A DNA stretch of 64,000 nucleotides from an uncultured Actinomycetes bacterium (GTDB taxonomy: Bacteria > Actinomycetota > Thermoleophilia > Solirubrobacterales > Solirubrobacteraceae): positions 286,671-350,670 of the forward strand of contig CAVUFQ010000004.1 in NCBI GenBank assembly GCA_963740895.1, in the 5' to 3' direction. This document shows positions 63,566 through 64,000 of this stretch, piece after piece. Below the pieces are notes generated by a model. It did not search any database. It was not told where the DNA came from and saw only the letters and a list, made by a program, of their open reading frames with translations. Position 1 is the first letter of the stretch. Each line of letters starts with the position of its first letter. Position numbers and translations under genes: made by a program.

Positions 63566-64000
63566 TCATGTGGCCTCAATCCCGGGCCGCGTGGTACCCC
63601 GCGGCAGCCAGGAGAGGCCGCGCGGGAGGTACCAGTTCCGGTCGCCGAGGAGCTTCATCGTCGCCGGCAGCAGGACCGCCCGCACGATCGTCGCGTCGAT
63701 CAGCACGGCGGCCGCGAGGCCGACGCCCATCTGCTTGAACTCGATCGCGCCGAGGCTCGCGAAGACCGCGAACACGGCGATCATCACCGACGCCGCGCTC
63801 GTGACGACGCCGGCCGTCGACTTGATGGCGTGTGCCACCGCCTGCTCGGTCGTCATGCCGCCGTCGAACGCCTCGCGGACGCGGCTGAGGATGAACACGT
63901 GGTAGTCCATCGACAGCCCGAACAGCACGACGAAGAGAAACAGCGGCAGCCAGGACGTGATGCCCCCGACCGGCTCGAAGTCCAGCAGCGACGAGCCCCA
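63566..64000 (-). CDS. MMPL/RND-superfamily membrane transporter, C-terminal part (5' end beyond the window)
   Basis: ...FGLSMDYHVFILSRVREAFDGGMTTEQAVAHAIKSTAGVVTSAA...LLPATMKLLGDRNWYLP is an MMPL C-terminal signature. The frame remains open to nt 64000. Confidence 0.8.
   Translation of the reverse strand, partial: WGSSLLDFEPVGGITSWLPLFLFVVLFGLSMDYHVFILSRVREAFDGGMTTEQAVAHAIKSTAGVVTSAASVMIAVFAVFASLGAIEFKQMGVGLAAAVLIDATIVRAVLLPATMKLLGDRNWYLPRGLSWLPRGTTRPGIEAT

Overview
This is a high-GC, Actinomycetota-like chromosomal segment. Hand-counted 60-nt lines are mostly 70-77% G+C. It is densely coding, with about 65 supportable CDS, and many are chained by 4-nt ATGA/GTGA start-stop overlaps. By eye I recognised no rRNA, tRNA, CRISPR array, transposase or integrase.

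Gene content from left to right:
(1) A copper module: copA (truncated by the window edge), a His-rich protein and copZ, divergent from csoR across a CsoR-type operator.
(2) A lipid-remodelling neighbourhood (PucR regulator/acyl-CoA desaturase, WS/DGAT, cyclopropane-fatty-acid synthase) mixed with an ECF sigma factor, a DHA2 MFS pump, a class III ADH, a Rieske protein and a YcaQ-GNAT pair.
(3) A LacI/PfkB locus plus a ribose-type ABC sugar-uptake operon.
(4) A secreted Leu/Gly/Thr-repeat protein.
(5) An LLM oxidoreductase, a NarL-type two-component system and an alpha/beta hydrolase.
(6) A TPP riboswitch and thiC, followed by a lower-GC orphan B12-binding radical SAM gene.
(7) A near-complete aerobic-type cobalamin supercluster in two blocks. 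Block 1 is cbtB-cbtA, cobG-cobH-cobIJ, cobK and cobF. Block 2 is cobC-cbiB-cobQ-cobN-chlID-cobO-cobB-cobU/cobD fusion-cobL-cobM, plus the bluB-cobT fusion and cobS. Three cobalamin riboswitches control it.
(8) About 8 kb of unrelated genes split the two blocks: patatin, Lrp/EamA, an ABC-2 exporter, a methyltransferase, VOC, ABM, a SET-domain protein and an MFS-cNMP fusion.
(9) A STAS-PilZ pair, a CoxG-like protein and an MMPL fragment.

I did not find a clear-cut new defence or mobile system. The items most worth a second look are:
- the TPP-riboswitch thiC + B12-radical-SAM pair, which is bza-operon-like but has the wrong riboswitch class;
- the back-to-back overlapping divergent cobalamin riboswitches built around a palindrome with two -10-like boxes;
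- a leader uORF coupled to the first gene of the long cob operon;
- the Leu/Gly/Thr-repeat secreted protein;
- the MFS-cNMP fusion, which may be the tail of the B12-regulated operon;
- the STAS-PilZ pair.

All functional calls rest on motif recognition in the supplied translations and my own reading of the DNA. No database search was run.
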